Shown piece after piece: positions 36,660-44,870 of a DNA stretch of 58,494 nt. The translations under genes were made by a program, and so were the position numbers. The stretch's first letter is position 1. Every line of letters begins with the position of its first letter. Below the pieces are notes generated by a model that saw nothing but the letters and a program-made list of their open reading frames with translations, searched no databases and was not told where the DNA came from. The stretch lies in the IMG/VR virus record IMGVR_UViG_3300040664_000002, positions 1-58,494 of that record, one strand, 5' to 3'. The DNA comes from a virus (taxonomy: Duplodnaviria > Caudoviricetes).

Positions 36660-36805
36660 GACTCAACACCCATTCCACGTGCAGCGGCGCAGATCAGTAG
36701 CACGCCAACGGCATACATCGCCAGTAGCGCCAACGGCCCCATCGTCCACAGCACGAGGGCGATCGTCGCACTCGACAGCGCGAACCCAGCGATGGGGAAC
36801 CTCAT
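36656..36805 (-). CDS. Small membrane protein (49 aa)
   Basis: Hand translation MRFPIAGFALSSATIALVLW...; ATGA-coupled to dUTPase. Confidence 0.5.
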   Translation of the reverse strand: MRFPIAGFALSSATIALVLWTMGPLALLAMYAVGVLLICAAARGMGVES

Positions 36806-37212
36806 CGTCCCGTGCTCCCAAAGCCACCGGATCCGCGCTCCGTGTCGTCTAACTCTTCAACGACCTCGAACGTCGGATGCTCGACCCTGGCGAACACGAG
36901 CTGAGCAATGCGGCGTCCGTTCTCGATCTTCAGCGTGTTCGGCCCAACGTTCAGCAGCAGGACCTTGATCGATCCTCGATAGTCACTGTCTACGGTACCC
37001 ATCGGCACGATGATTCCAAGTTTGGAGATGCTGGACCGCGGACGGACCTGTGCCTCCACACCCATAGGGATCTCCAAGTGGACGCCAGTGTCGATCAGAA
37101 CGCCACTACCTGGACGTACTACGATGTCCCCGATGCCGCACAGGTCATATCCGCTGGAACCTGCTGTGGCGCGGACCGGCATCCAGCCACCGCCGCTCAG
37201 CTTGATCCTCAT
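36802..37212 (-). CDS. dut: Trimeric dUTPase
   Basis: All five motifs: SGYDL, PRSS, GTVDSDYRG, RIAQL, RGSGGFGSTG. Confidence 0.95.
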   Translation of the reverse strand: MRIKLSGGGWMPVRATAGSSGYDLCGIGDIVVRPGSGVLIDTGVHLEIPMGVEAQVRPRSSISKLGIIVPMGTVDSDYRGSIKVLLLNVGPNTLKIENGRRIAQLVFARVEHPTFEVVEELDDTERGSGGFGSTGR

Positions 37213-37457
37213 AGCTCACCTGCCAGCGCGATGGCTGCAGCCTTGGCCTTGTCGATCTCGGACTGCTGGATTCCATTGACATCCACATTTTCATTATCTG
37301 TATGGATATCAGGAACAGCACGGAGCGACTTCACCACACCGAAGTGGGCGCTCGCTGCTTCCATTCCACATGCGAAGTGCGCTGCGTTCATTAGATCGCT
37401 GAACGTGTACTCACCCATGTACATCCCGCTGACGAATACGCTAACCACGTGAGTCAC
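37209..37457 (-). CDS. Hypothetical protein
   Basis: Coupled chain. Confidence 0.5.
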   Translation of the reverse strand: MTHVVSVFVSGMYMGEYTFSDLMNAAHFACGMEAASAHFGVVKSLRAVPDIHTDNENVDVNGIQQSEIDKAKAAAIALAGEL

Positions 37458-38011
37458 GGCTTGGCCGTCAGCTTCCCATCAACGACGATGTATGCGATTC
37501 CGGGCTTGACCAGCACACCGTCGACCTCGGCGATGGCTTTGCGGTAAACCTGCCTCGTCTCATCCCACCAAGTGATCGATATCGCACCTCTGTAGCCCGC
37601 GGTGGCGGTGCCGCTGTAGCCCGCGGTGGCGGTGCCGAACATGACCGGCGTACCCACCGGAGCATGCTCCGCGATAAGGCGGACAGCCTCCTCTCGCTTC
37701 CCGCAGAACACGACGGTTCCACGCGGGAACTTCACCTCCCCGTCGAGATCAACGATATCCGACGCAGCGACCTCAACGACCAGCCACTTCGTGTCATCGG
37801 CGTTCCAGTATCCACACGTGGCCCCCAGGTCTCCGATTCCCCACAGCCATCCATGCAGCCCGTTGCCGCACTTCGGAGACGGATCCCAGTGCGCATCAGG
37901 ATCATTCGGATCCGTCGGGGGACACTCGACGGGGCCGCTCTCCGGCCACACGAATCCATTGCGGCTGGACATGTCACCGTGCACACAGCGCAGAACCATT
38001 GCATTCATCAT
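37454..38011 (-). CDS. Phage protein with GTATAGYx repeats
   Basis: CGNGLHGWLWG..KWLVVEV..VKFPRG N-domain plus two 24-bp GTATAGY(S/R) units. Confidence 0.7.
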   Translation of the reverse strand: MMNAMVLRCVHGDMSSRNGFVWPESGPVECPPTDPNDPDAHWDPSPKCGNGLHGWLWGIGDLGATCGYWNADDTKWLVVEVAASDIVDLDGEVKFPRGTVVFCGKREEAVRLIAEHAPVGTPVMFGTATAGYSGTATAGYRGAISITWWDETRQVYRKAIAEVDGVLVKPGIAYIVVDGKLTAKP

Positions 38012-39136
38012 CTACTCTTCTCCATTCTCCGCGATCATCCGCGGGCCCATGTCATACTCTTCGATGCTCGACTTCACGGACTGCGAGGCGCCGCCACGGC
38101 TACGAATCTCAGACATCACCTTGCGCATCGCAGGAGCGACGCTGACCCCGGACGACTTGAGCGCCTCCTGGATCTTCTTCTTCGATGCACTGCGTACGAC
38201 AGCAGCATCGGCCACCTCTTGACCATGTATCTCTTTCATCACCTGGTACGCAGTATCCCCTATCAGGCGCTCGTTGCCAAGCGTTTCGATGCGACCAAAC
38301 GCGCGACCGCTTGGCAGCTGGATCGGACGCGTCGCGGCATGTGAGTACAACTGCTGGCCAATCCGCTTGTGCAGGATGCCGATGCGCTTCCATAATTCGT
38401 ATACATTGGCGGCGGCATCATCGTCCACAAACGTGGACAACGCTAACTCCGGATCGTCCTCGTCGCGCACCACGAGTGACCGCAGATCAGCCTGTCGCGG
38501 ACATGCCGCAAACGCCGGGCACCATCGGCACCAGCGTCCGGTGTTGAACTGCGGTGTGATGCGTCCGGCGCGTGCGTCGGAGCGCAGCTTCGCTGTGCTG
38601 ATCACCAGCTGGCGGACCTCGTACGCGATGACATCGAGGTCGAAGACCGGATCTATGTCGACGACATCCATGGGGCCCTGCTCGGGGCGGATCGCCGCGA
38701 TGATGCGCTGTGCTGGCTGATGCCGCGCCGCAGCCAGCGTGAGGAACCGGAGCTGTGGATGTGACTCGGCTGGTGTCTGCCGCTCGAACCCCTTGCGGTC
38801 CACGACGACGAGCAGGTCATCGCCGCGCCCCTCGGCATCGATGGTTCCTGGAACCTCGAACGGGCTTAGGTTGCCGTAGGCGCGGTTGATTCCGCAGCCG
38901 AGGAATCGGCTCGATCCATCCGCGACGTCGTAGGCGTAGCTGACCTCGGCGCGCCAGGTTAGATCCGGCCAGCGCTCGGCGTACTCGTCAGGGACATCAC
39001 CCGCGTTGATGGCGGTCTCGTCGCCGGCGTGGCGAACGTTGCCCGCGTCGGAGTGCTCGTTGGGCTCGTCGCGCCAGGGCAGTGTGAATGCCCCGGGACA
39101 CTGCCCGGCGAGCTCGAGCTTGGACGAGCTGATCAC
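38012..39136 (-). CDS. Cas4-like PD-(D/E)XK exonuclease
   Basis: N-terminal CP, GTIDA..VVDRKG, QL, C-terminal CRWCP...CP Fe-S staple. Confidence 0.8.
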   Translation of the reverse strand: MISSSKLELAGQCPGAFTLPWRDEPNEHSDAGNVRHAGDETAINAGDVPDEYAERWPDLTWRAEVSYAYDVADGSSRFLGCGINRAYGNLSPFEVPGTIDAEGRGDDLLVVVDRKGFERQTPAESHPQLRFLTLAAARHQPAQRIIAAIRPEQGPMDVVDIDPVFDLDVIAYEVRQLVISTAKLRSDARAGRITPQFNTGRWCRWCPAFAACPRQADLRSLVVRDEDDPELALSTFVDDDAAANVYELWKRIGILHKRIGQQLYSHAATRPIQLPSGRAFGRIETLGNERLIGDTAYQVMKEIHGQEVADAAVVRSASKKKIQEALKSSGVSVAPAMRKVMSEIRSRGGASQSVKSSIEEYDMGPRMIAENGEE

Positions 39137-39363
39137 AGGTGTCCGGCCTCACTGCATGCCTTCGCCTGCGCATCCAGCCCCTCCTCGTAGCCGATATCTG
39201 CGGCGCGGCCTAGCAGTGCGGCAATGGCGAGGTTCGCAGCGAGCACGTCGCACCAAGCAGTGCGGCTACCTGACCACACGATGCTGTCTCCGAGAGAGCA
39301 ATGCGCCATCCCTCCGCTCACGTGCGGCTCAGTCCACTCGAACGTCACGCCATGGATGGTCAT
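39133..39363 (-). CDS. Hypothetical protein
   Basis: Coupled chain. Confidence 0.5.
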   Translation of the reverse strand: MTIHGVTFEWTEPHVSGGMAHCSLGDSIVWSGSRTAWCDVLAANLAIAALLGRAADIGYEEGLDAQAKACSEAGHL

Positions 39364-39674
39364 GGTTCACCGGCCCATTCCGACGGCCCCGGCTGCTTGC
39401 TCGTGAGCGCGTCAGCCTTGCGGACGGCCCCTTCGATGCGGAACAGGATATTCTCTGCACCAGATCGATCATCGGTTTCAGTGAACTCTGCCAGCTTACG
39501 GGCCTCGTCCAACACCAACCGAGCGGCATCCAACTCACACATCATAGAGTGGATGGCCTTGGCGCCGTCAATATCTTCGATCCACTCCTCACCATAGCGG
39601 AGCACTCGCAGCTTCCACCCAAGGTCCAGCACGAACGTGTACTTGCCACTGTCGACGCTGATCTTCATATGCAT
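39360..39674 (-). CDS. Hypothetical protein
   Basis: GGAGG RBS right after tRNA; SGKYTFV..LRYGEEW motif. Confidence 0.65.
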   Translation of the reverse strand: MHMKISVDSGKYTFVLDLGWKLRVLRYGEEWIEDIDGAKAIHSMMCELDAARLVLDEARKLAEFTETDDRSGAENILFRIEGAVRKADALTSKQPGPSEWAGEP

Positions 39675-39682
39675 TTCCTCCG

Positions 39683-39755
39683 TGAATCCGGCGGGACTCG
39701 AACCCGCAACCTTCCGATTAGAAATCGGCCGCTCTATCCACTGAGCTACGGATCC
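39683..39755 (-). tRNA. tRNA-Arg(UCU), CCA not encoded
   Basis: GGATCCG/CGGATTC acceptor, GCTC-AGTGGATA-GAGC D arm, CCGA-TTTCTAA-TCGG anticodon arm, GCGGG-TTCGAGT-CCCGC T arm. Confidence 0.92.
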
Positions 39756-39780
39756 AGTGCCGGCATGGCCGGCGGTTTGT

Positions 39781-40098
39781 TCAGTCGCTGTACACGAACG
39801 AGCATTCTGGCTCGTCGTGCGGGACCATCTTCATCCTGAACTTCTTCACCTTCACATCGAAGGTGTCGACCGGTCTGGAGAACACCTTAAGCCAGTCATC
39901 GCCCTGTTCTTCTCCGTGGCCGCGGATCTCGACTCGCCACGCATTGGTTTTGCGCATGGCATTTACGATGTCGCGCTCGTGATCGTACCACTTCTGTGCA
40001 TCTGCCAGGATGAACGTCCTGCCGTTCGCGGCCAGGCAGAATGCCGTCTCGTCGGGACCCTCGAACTTCTCTAGGTGATAACGCGTGCAGTAGCCCAT
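39781..40098 (-). CDS. Hypothetical phage protein
   Basis: MGYCT..KWYDHERD..GHGEEQGDDW motif. Confidence 0.65.
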   Translation of the reverse strand: MGYCTRYHLEKFEGPDETAFCLAANGRTFILADAQKWYDHERDIVNAMRKTNAWRVEIRGHGEEQGDDWLKVFSRPVDTFDVKVKKFRMKMVPHDEPECSFVYSD

Positions 40099-40100
40099 GG

Positions 40101-41066
40101 TCAGCCCTCGACCGGATCCGGTTCCATGGTCTCGGTGACGCGGACCAACTGCTGAGTCAGCCACTCCTTCCGCGCCGCGTACCGCTTGCGTCCGTCGGCG
40201 AGCGCTGCCCCGAACAGCGACTTCGTGATCTGCGGGATGAGCCCATCCAGTTCCGATAGTGACTGCGCAGCGCTGATCGCCGTCAGCACTCCTGAGATCG
40301 CCGCATCCACCGTCGGCTCCGGCGCGATTGGGTCACGCCGCGCTGCCGGTGCAGAGCCGCTCATCAGCCAGCCGTAAACCTTTTTCGCGAACAGCTCGCC
40401 GGGCTTCTCGTACGCATCGCCCAGCGAGAGCACACCGTCGAGGCGGGACTTCGAGATCTTCAGCACATGGTCGAGCCCGATGTCACCGACCACCGTGAAC
40501 TCGTACTCCATGCCCTCGCGCTGGATCGCCGCAAGGCCGACTTTCTCGATCTGCGCCTTGCCGTTCGGCCCCGTGCTCTGGATGTACTCCATCTTCGTAC
40601 GCATGCTAGCCAATACGTGCATCCGGCACCCGAGCATCGTGTCGATCAGCTGGTTGTGCATCGGCGTGATGTCGCGCCACGCCGTCCAGCTGTTGCCTCC
40701 GCGCGCCGCAGCGCTGTCCTTCTGCTCCAGTGCACCGTTCTTTCCCGACCATGCATGGCTCAGGCTGTCGATGACCACGAAGTCGTAGCCCTCCGACTCG
40801 GCTTCCTTGATCGCCGCGACGTAGGCCCGCGGGCTGTGGTTGTCCAGGTTCATCGTGTCGAACTCGAACCGGTCCGCGTACAGCGACGCGCTCTCGTGCT
40901 CCGTGTCGATCAGCGCGATGCGGCCGTCGCCGTGCCCGAGCCGGCGCATGTCCGCCGCCATGGCAGACGCCACCGACAGCATCGTGTACGTCTTGCCGCT
41001 GCCCGCGAGTCCGCACACCGCGAGCCGCAGCTTGCTCTGTGCCTTGGTTGCTCTGATGAACGCCAT
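40101..41066 (-). CDS. Sak4-like AAA ATPase / recombinase
   Basis: MAFIRATK..GLAGSGKT, IDTE, VVIDSLSHAW, QREGMEYEF. Confidence 0.85.
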   Translation of the reverse strand: MAFIRATKAQSKLRLAVCGLAGSGKTYTMLSVASAMAADMRRLGHGDGRIALIDTEHESASLYADRFEFDTMNLDNHSPRAYVAAIKEAESEGYDFVVIDSLSHAWSGKNGALEQKDSAAARGGNSWTAWRDITPMHNQLIDTMLGCRMHVLASMRTKMEYIQSTGPNGKAQIEKVGLAAIQREGMEYEFTVVGDIGLDHVLKISKSRLDGVLSLGDAYEKPGELFAKKVYGWLMSGSAPAARRDPIAPEPTVDAAISGVLTAISAAQSLSELDGLIPQITKSLFGAALADGRKRYAARKEWLTQQLVRVTETMEPDPVEG

Positions 41067-41073
41067 GGGGTCC

Positions 41074-41556
41074 TCAGAACGGAACGTCGTCGTGGTTGGC
41101 GCGCGGCGCGGCAGCCGCCGACTCTTCCTCGTCCTCGGTGAACCAGGAATCGACGTTGCTGATCATGACGTCGTCCGCCTTGGCCAGCGGGACCTGAGCG
41201 ACGCCGATGGATCCCACCGTCCACCATTCGCTGATGGTCCCGTCCAGGCGGGTGAACGACGCGAGCCGCGCCACGAACCCGACCGGGACGCCGGCCGCAG
41301 CCTTGACGTCGGCAGCGAACGTTGCGATCGACTTGCCGTCCCAGCCGACCGCCTTGAGGTCGCGCTTGGCGTACTTGATCGCCTCCTTCTTCAGGTTCGC
41401 CTTGTACGGGACCCTGACCCCCTTGAGCGGGCCTTCGGTGATCTCCATCATCAGTCGGATCTCCGGCTTTTGATCCTTCGGGTTCGGACCGAACTCCGGG
41501 TCAACCGGGACGCCCATGTACTCTTTGCCATCAACCAGATCGTTCTTCGATGCCAT
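41074..41556 (-). CDS. Single-stranded DNA-binding-like protein
   Basis: AGGAG RBS, acidic tail DDVPF, adjacent to Sak4. Confidence 0.75.
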   Translation of the reverse strand: MASKNDLVDGKEYMGVPVDPEFGPNPKDQKPEIRLMMEITEGPLKGVRVPYKANLKKEAIKYAKRDLKAVGWDGKSIATFAADVKAAAGVPVGFVARLASFTRLDGTISEWWTVGSIGVAQVPLAKADDVMISNVDSWFTEDEEESAAAAPRANHDDVPF

Positions 41557-41579
41557 CTGTATCTCCTGTTGTTTACGAA

Positions 41580-41622
41580 CGGTGACCCGACACGGACTCG
41601 AACCGTGTGACACCGCGGGTCA
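41580..41622 (-). ncRNA. Armless tRNA-like minihelix (acceptor stem plus T arm)
   Basis: TGACCCG-CGGTGTC-ACACGG-TTCGAGT-CCGTGT-CGGGTCA-CCG. Confidence 0.6.
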
Positions 41623-41895
41623 GTGGAAGCGGTGAGCCGAGCACACGCCATCCTCGCCGGCGCTGTCCTCGCACGTTGGCTCGACGCACAGCCCGGCGTA
41701 CTTCCGCACGCGATATTCGAGTCGGCCGCGATCGCGTTCCGTGCAGCCCTGCGGATCCAGCATGCGGCCGGTCTCGCCGAGCAGCTCGAGCTCGGCCGCG
41801 ATGAGGCAGTCCGGCGCCTTGGCCGCCAGCATCTCGTCCAGCCGAGTTAGCGACTGAACCATCCGCTCCCACACCGCGTCGCGTGCGCGGCTCAT
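41620..41895 (-). CDS. Hypothetical protein with C-terminal C..C..C..H finger
   Basis: ATGA-coupled. Confidence 0.6.
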   Translation of the reverse strand: MSRARDAVWERMVQSLTRLDEMLAAKAPDCLIAAELELLGETGRMLDPQGCTERDRGRLEYRVRKYAGLCVEPTCEDSAGEDGVCSAHRFH

Positions 41896-42125
41896 CGGGC
41901 ATACACCGTGATGCGGCTGGTACTGCTCCACGGTTTCACGTCGATCACCGCCGACGCGCCTCCGACATCGCGGACATCGGAGCGAGTGGCCGTGATGCCA
42001 CGCGCGCTGGCCCATGCCTCGAGCGCCGCACTGGCGCCTGGCTCGTCCAGGTCCCAGACCACGAGGGTACACTTCGAGTCGTACGCCAGGTCGAACAGAT
42101 GCGTCAGTCGCTGCGAGTCACTCAT
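41892..42125 (-). CDS. Hypothetical protein
   Basis: AGGAGG RBS. Confidence 0.55.
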   Translation of the reverse strand: MSDSQRLTHLFDLAYDSKCTLVVWDLDEPGASAALEAWASARGITATRSDVRDVGGASAVIDVKPWSSTSRITVYAR

Positions 42126-42261
42126 CGTTATCCTCCTGTAGTGCCTGTGCTGCGTTGTTTGCGATTGCTCGTGCTGCTTGCTTCGCCGTCTCGTCGTCCA
42201 CCAGCTGCCGCAGCGTGGCGTACGCAGCGGACTGGATCACGTCACGAACCGATGCTGTCAC
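42118..42261 (-). CDS. Small hypothetical protein (47 aa)
   Basis: Hand translation, GTGA-coupled. Confidence 0.45.
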   Translation of the reverse strand: MTASVRDVIQSAAYATLRQLVDDETAKQAARAIANNAAQALQEDNDE

Positions 42262-42509
42262 AGTTCCCTCGTCGTGCGTCGGTCAATAGCGTTGTCACCG
42301 TGCAGATCGACCACGTCAACATCCGACACGTCGAACACCATGCTCTTGGGTGTGGGCAGCAGGACCGTGCGCGCGAGCTGACGCGACATCTCCTGGACCT
42401 GGATTCCGAGGTCAGTCAGTCGCATCGCCAGGAAGCGCAGCAGGATCGCGTCCTCAGAGCCAGACGATGCAGCGAGCAGTGCTGCTGCGATGGCCTTGGC
42501 GTCGGTCAT
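42258..42509 (-). CDS. Hypothetical protein
   Basis: ATGA-coupled. Confidence 0.5.
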   Translation of the reverse strand: MTDAKAIAAALLAASSGSEDAILLRFLAMRLTDLGIQVQEMSRQLARTVLLPTPKSMVFDVSDVDVVDLHGDNAIDRRTTREL

Positions 42510-42661
42510 GGCGCCACGTTCTCCCATGCGTCGATCAGCCTCTTGATGATCCAGTAGCTGCGCTCATTGCTCAGACGGATGTCCTTCAGCATGTGCTGCA
42601 GCTGCTTGATCTCGCTGCGGCTGAACTCGATGATTACCGGGATCGGATCGTTGTCGGTCAC
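42506..42661 (-). CDS. Small hypothetical protein
   Basis: GGAGG RBS, GTGA-coupled. Confidence 0.5.
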   Translation of the reverse strand: MTDNDPIPVIIEFSRSEIKQLQHMLKDIRLSNERSYWIIKRLIDAWENVAP

Positions 42662-42918
42662 GGCGCCTCCCTCATCTGATCGATGATCTTCTGGGTTTTC
42701 AGGCGAAGCCAAGCTGCACGGTGTGCTTGCATTTTCAGCGCAGTCAGGCTGATCCCTGCCTTCGAGATGTCGCGCTTCAGCGCACGCGCTCTCACCCCAG
42801 ACAGCCACATCCTGGCTGCTCTTGCAGCTCTGGATAACTCCTCAATAGAAAGCTCTGGACACGTCTTTCCATAGAACCCCGCGGCTCCACATCTCGGACA
42901 GCTGCGATCTTTGCTCAT
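42658..42918 (-). CDS. Hypothetical protein
   Basis: ATGA-coupled, CPRC. Confidence 0.5.
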   Translation of the reverse strand: MSKDRSCPRCGAAGFYGKTCPELSIEELSRAARAARMWLSGVRARALKRDISKAGISLTALKMQAHRAAWLRLKTQKIIDQMREAP

Positions 42919-43109
42919 AGCATCACCCGCGCCAGGTACGCATCCATCGTCGCAGCGTCCGCCCGACGGCACTGCAACTGGAACATCCACCACGGACCGC
43001 GCCCGATGGTGCGGTCGCCGTGTACGACCTGTATCTCGTGCGCATTCGCCCATGTGACCTCACCTACGCCTCCATCATCGAGCACCACGATGTCTCCCTT
43101 GCGGTTCAT
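42915..43109 (-). CDS. Small SH3/KOW-like protein, first gene of the leftward operon
   Basis: KGDIVVLDDGGVGEVT pattern; directly after promoter. Confidence 0.55.
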   Translation of the reverse strand: MNRKGDIVVLDDGGVGEVTWANAHEIQVVHGDRTIGRGPWWMFQLQCRRADAATMDAYLARVML

Positions 43110-43181
43110 GCAGGGACCCTAGCAGCGAAGGTACGCAACGTCAACCTTGTTTTTACGCTTCATATACGGTACGCATCATCC
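43110..43181. promoter_or_regulatory. Divergent promoter pair (main early switch)
   Basis: Minus: TTGACG-17-TAGGGT-6-ATG 43109; plus: TTGTTT-17-TACGCA-6-ATG 43182; GGTACGCA at 43130 and 43168. Confidence 0.7.
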
Positions 43182-43391
43182 ATGAAGAAGAAAAGGCCCC
43201 GTCCCATCCACGCCAACATCAAGCGATGCCGGCTCGATCTCGAGCTGACCCAGGAGGACCTGGGGCAGATGATCGGCGAAAGTCGCATCGTGATCTCCCA
43301 CTGGGAGACTGGACCCAACGCACCGCGCGTCGACTCGCTGCCCACGCTGGCCGATGCCCTCCAGGTCACCATCGATGAGTTGGTGCGATGA
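43182..43391 (+). CDS. XRE-family (Cro-like) HTH regulator
   Basis: NIKRCRLDLELTQEDLGQMIGESRIVISHWETG..P..LPTLADALQVTIDEL. Confidence 0.9.
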   Translation: MKKKRPRPIHANIKRCRLDLELTQEDLGQMIGESRIVISHWETGPNAPRVDSLPTLADALQVTIDELVR

Positions 43392-43618
43392 ACGATTCAG
43401 TATTCACGCTTCTGGCGTTGACCATGTCTATCTGCTCAATTGGTTCCATCATTTCACTGATCGAGATGGTCACTGGTCGAGATCAGGACCGCAGGGAGGC
43501 TGCCTTGGTGTTGTTCCTGCTGGTCTCCTTGATCTTGGCTACGTGCATCTTGGTAGCGGTCAAGTGGCCGACGCTGCCACAGGCCATCCATGCCGCGATG
43601 CCAGAGGCCGCGCGATGA
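43388..43618 (+). CDS. Two-TM membrane protein, paralog A
   Basis: Ends KWPTLPQAIHAA. Confidence 0.65.
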   Translation: MNDSVFTLLALTMSICSIGSIISLIEMVTGRDQDRREAALVLFLLVSLILATCILVAVKWPTLPQAIHAAMPEAAR

Positions 43619-43836
43619 GCGGAACCATGGCTGCGCTGCTCTCGCTCAACCTGAGTGTGTTCAGCGCCATCGGTGTCGGGTCGCTGATCGCCCTAATCCA
43701 GGAGGACGACTCTGACATACGCAGGGCGGCGGCGCTGCTGCTGGCGATGTCCGTCCTGGCGCTGACGCTGGCGATCGTCGCGTTCATGCAGTGGCCGACG
43801 CTGCCGCAGGCCATCCACGCGGCAGTGCACTCATGA
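43615..43836 (+). CDS. Two-TM membrane protein, paralog B
   Basis: Ends QWPTLPQAIHAA. Confidence 0.65.
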   Translation: MSGTMAALLSLNLSVFSAIGVGSLIALIQEDDSDIRRAAALLLAMSVLALTLAIVAFMQWPTLPQAIHAAVHS

Positions 43837-44069
43837 CCAAGATCCAGGAGGAAGCGTGCAACCTGCTCAGCGCACTAGCGACGGAGCATGGGCGGATGAG
43901 CGGATTGTACACGCCAGCCACCCATAATCTTCAAGGCGGATGGGGCAGTAGTGCGAGATGTCTGGCTGCACAGGCATGCTACGCATCAAACGCCGCAAAC
44001 CCATACCGCCCGCCGAATGAGTTCTACGCCGAGGCCGAGGCCCTGATCCGCGATGGGAGCGTGCGATGA
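43833..44069 (+). CDS. Hypothetical protein (AEA..LI.xGW family, copy 1)
   Basis: EEACNLL..YAEAEALIRDG. Confidence 0.6.
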   Translation: MTKIQEEACNLLSALATEHGRMSGLYTPATHNLQGGWGSSARCLAAQACYASNAANPYRPPNEFYAEAEALIRDGSVR

Positions 44070-44284
44070 ACAGCATCAGAGAGCAGGCGATCCACATCTT
44101 AGACATCGCCGCGTGCCACGCGGAGTACGACTGGCTGGGGATAGCAGAGGTCGGTGGCCTCGCCGGATACTGTGATGCAGCCAAGCACCTGGCATGCGAG
44201 GCGTACTTCGCTGTTCCGGGAATCGGGGCGCTCGGTCGCGCCGAGGCAGCGGCCAGGCTACGTGAGGGTTGGAGAATGCGGTGA
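44066..44284 (+). CDS. Hypothetical protein (family copy 2)
   Basis: REQAIHIL..AEAAARLREGW. Confidence 0.6.
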   Translation: MNSIREQAIHILDIAACHAEYDWLGIAEVGGLAGYCDAAKHLACEAYFAVPGIGALGRAEAAARLREGWRMR

Positions 44285-44478
44285 CCGACCACATCCACAG
44301 ATGGAATCCCGTCGACGGCCGGATGGGTCGCTACGAGTGCGATTGCGGTGCGCTCGGTCGACGTTGCCGCAACGGGAAGATCGAGGAGGACAGCAAGCCG
44401 CGGCGCACGGAGCGCTGGACGGCGCGAGGCACGGGACGCATCACCGGCGGACGGATTCCGCCAAAGCCAGGAGCATGA
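44281..44478 (+). CDS. Small HxH..CxC protein
   Basis: GTGA-coupled. Confidence 0.5.
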   Translation: MTDHIHRWNPVDGRMGRYECDCGALGRRCRNGKIEEDSKPRRTERWTARGTGRITGGRIPPKPGA

Positions 44479-44870
44479 GCATGAGAGTCTACATCGCAGC
44501 ATCATCCATGGAACTCGAGCGCGTCGACTACTGGGCCGCACAGCTCGTCGCGGCCGGCATCGAGGTCTCGTCCACGTGGCCGATCAGCGTGCGCGAGCAC
44601 GGGGCGAACCCGCGTGAGTCGTCGAATCGGCAGCGGTCTGTCTGGGCCCTGAGGTGCCTGGATGAGATCCGCGAGTCTTACGTTGTCTGGTTCCTCGTTC
44701 CTCCGCTGGATAAGCCGACGCGCGGGGCGTGGGCGGAGCTTCAGCTGGCGTACAGCCTGGACATCGTGCTCATCTGCAGCGGCGATACGCGGCAGTCCGT
44801 GTTCTGCGCGCTCGGCGAGGAGTACGCCACCGACGTTGAGGCGTTCAACCGGATCGTGAGCCTGACGTGA
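44475..44870 (+). CDS. Nucleoside 2-deoxyribosyltransferase-like protein
   Basis: RVYIAAS, CLDEIRES, TRGAWAELQLAYSL correspond to the NDT Y..D..GxxxE(G) motifs. Confidence 0.6.
   Translation: MSMRVYIAASSMELERVDYWAAQLVAAGIEVSSTWPISVREHGANPRESSNRQRSVWALRCLDEIRESYVVWFLVPPLDKPTRGAWAELQLAYSLDIVLICSGDTRQSVFCALGEEYATDVEAFNRIVSLT

Noticed and set aside
37590-37640. 24-bp direct repeat as a DGR template/variable pair
   Set aside because: Adjacent in-frame GTATAGY units; no reverse transcriptase in the genome.
39715-39730. Amber-suppressor tRNA (CTA in the anticodon loop) and stop-codon reassignment
   Set aside because: The 7-nt loop TTTCTAA centres on TCT, the D loop has the Arg-type A, and TAG/TGA end genes normally throughout.
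41580-41622. tRNA fragment as attP
   Set aside because: No integrase seen, and the element keeps its own pairing 5' acceptor strand, which a 3' attP fragment would not need.
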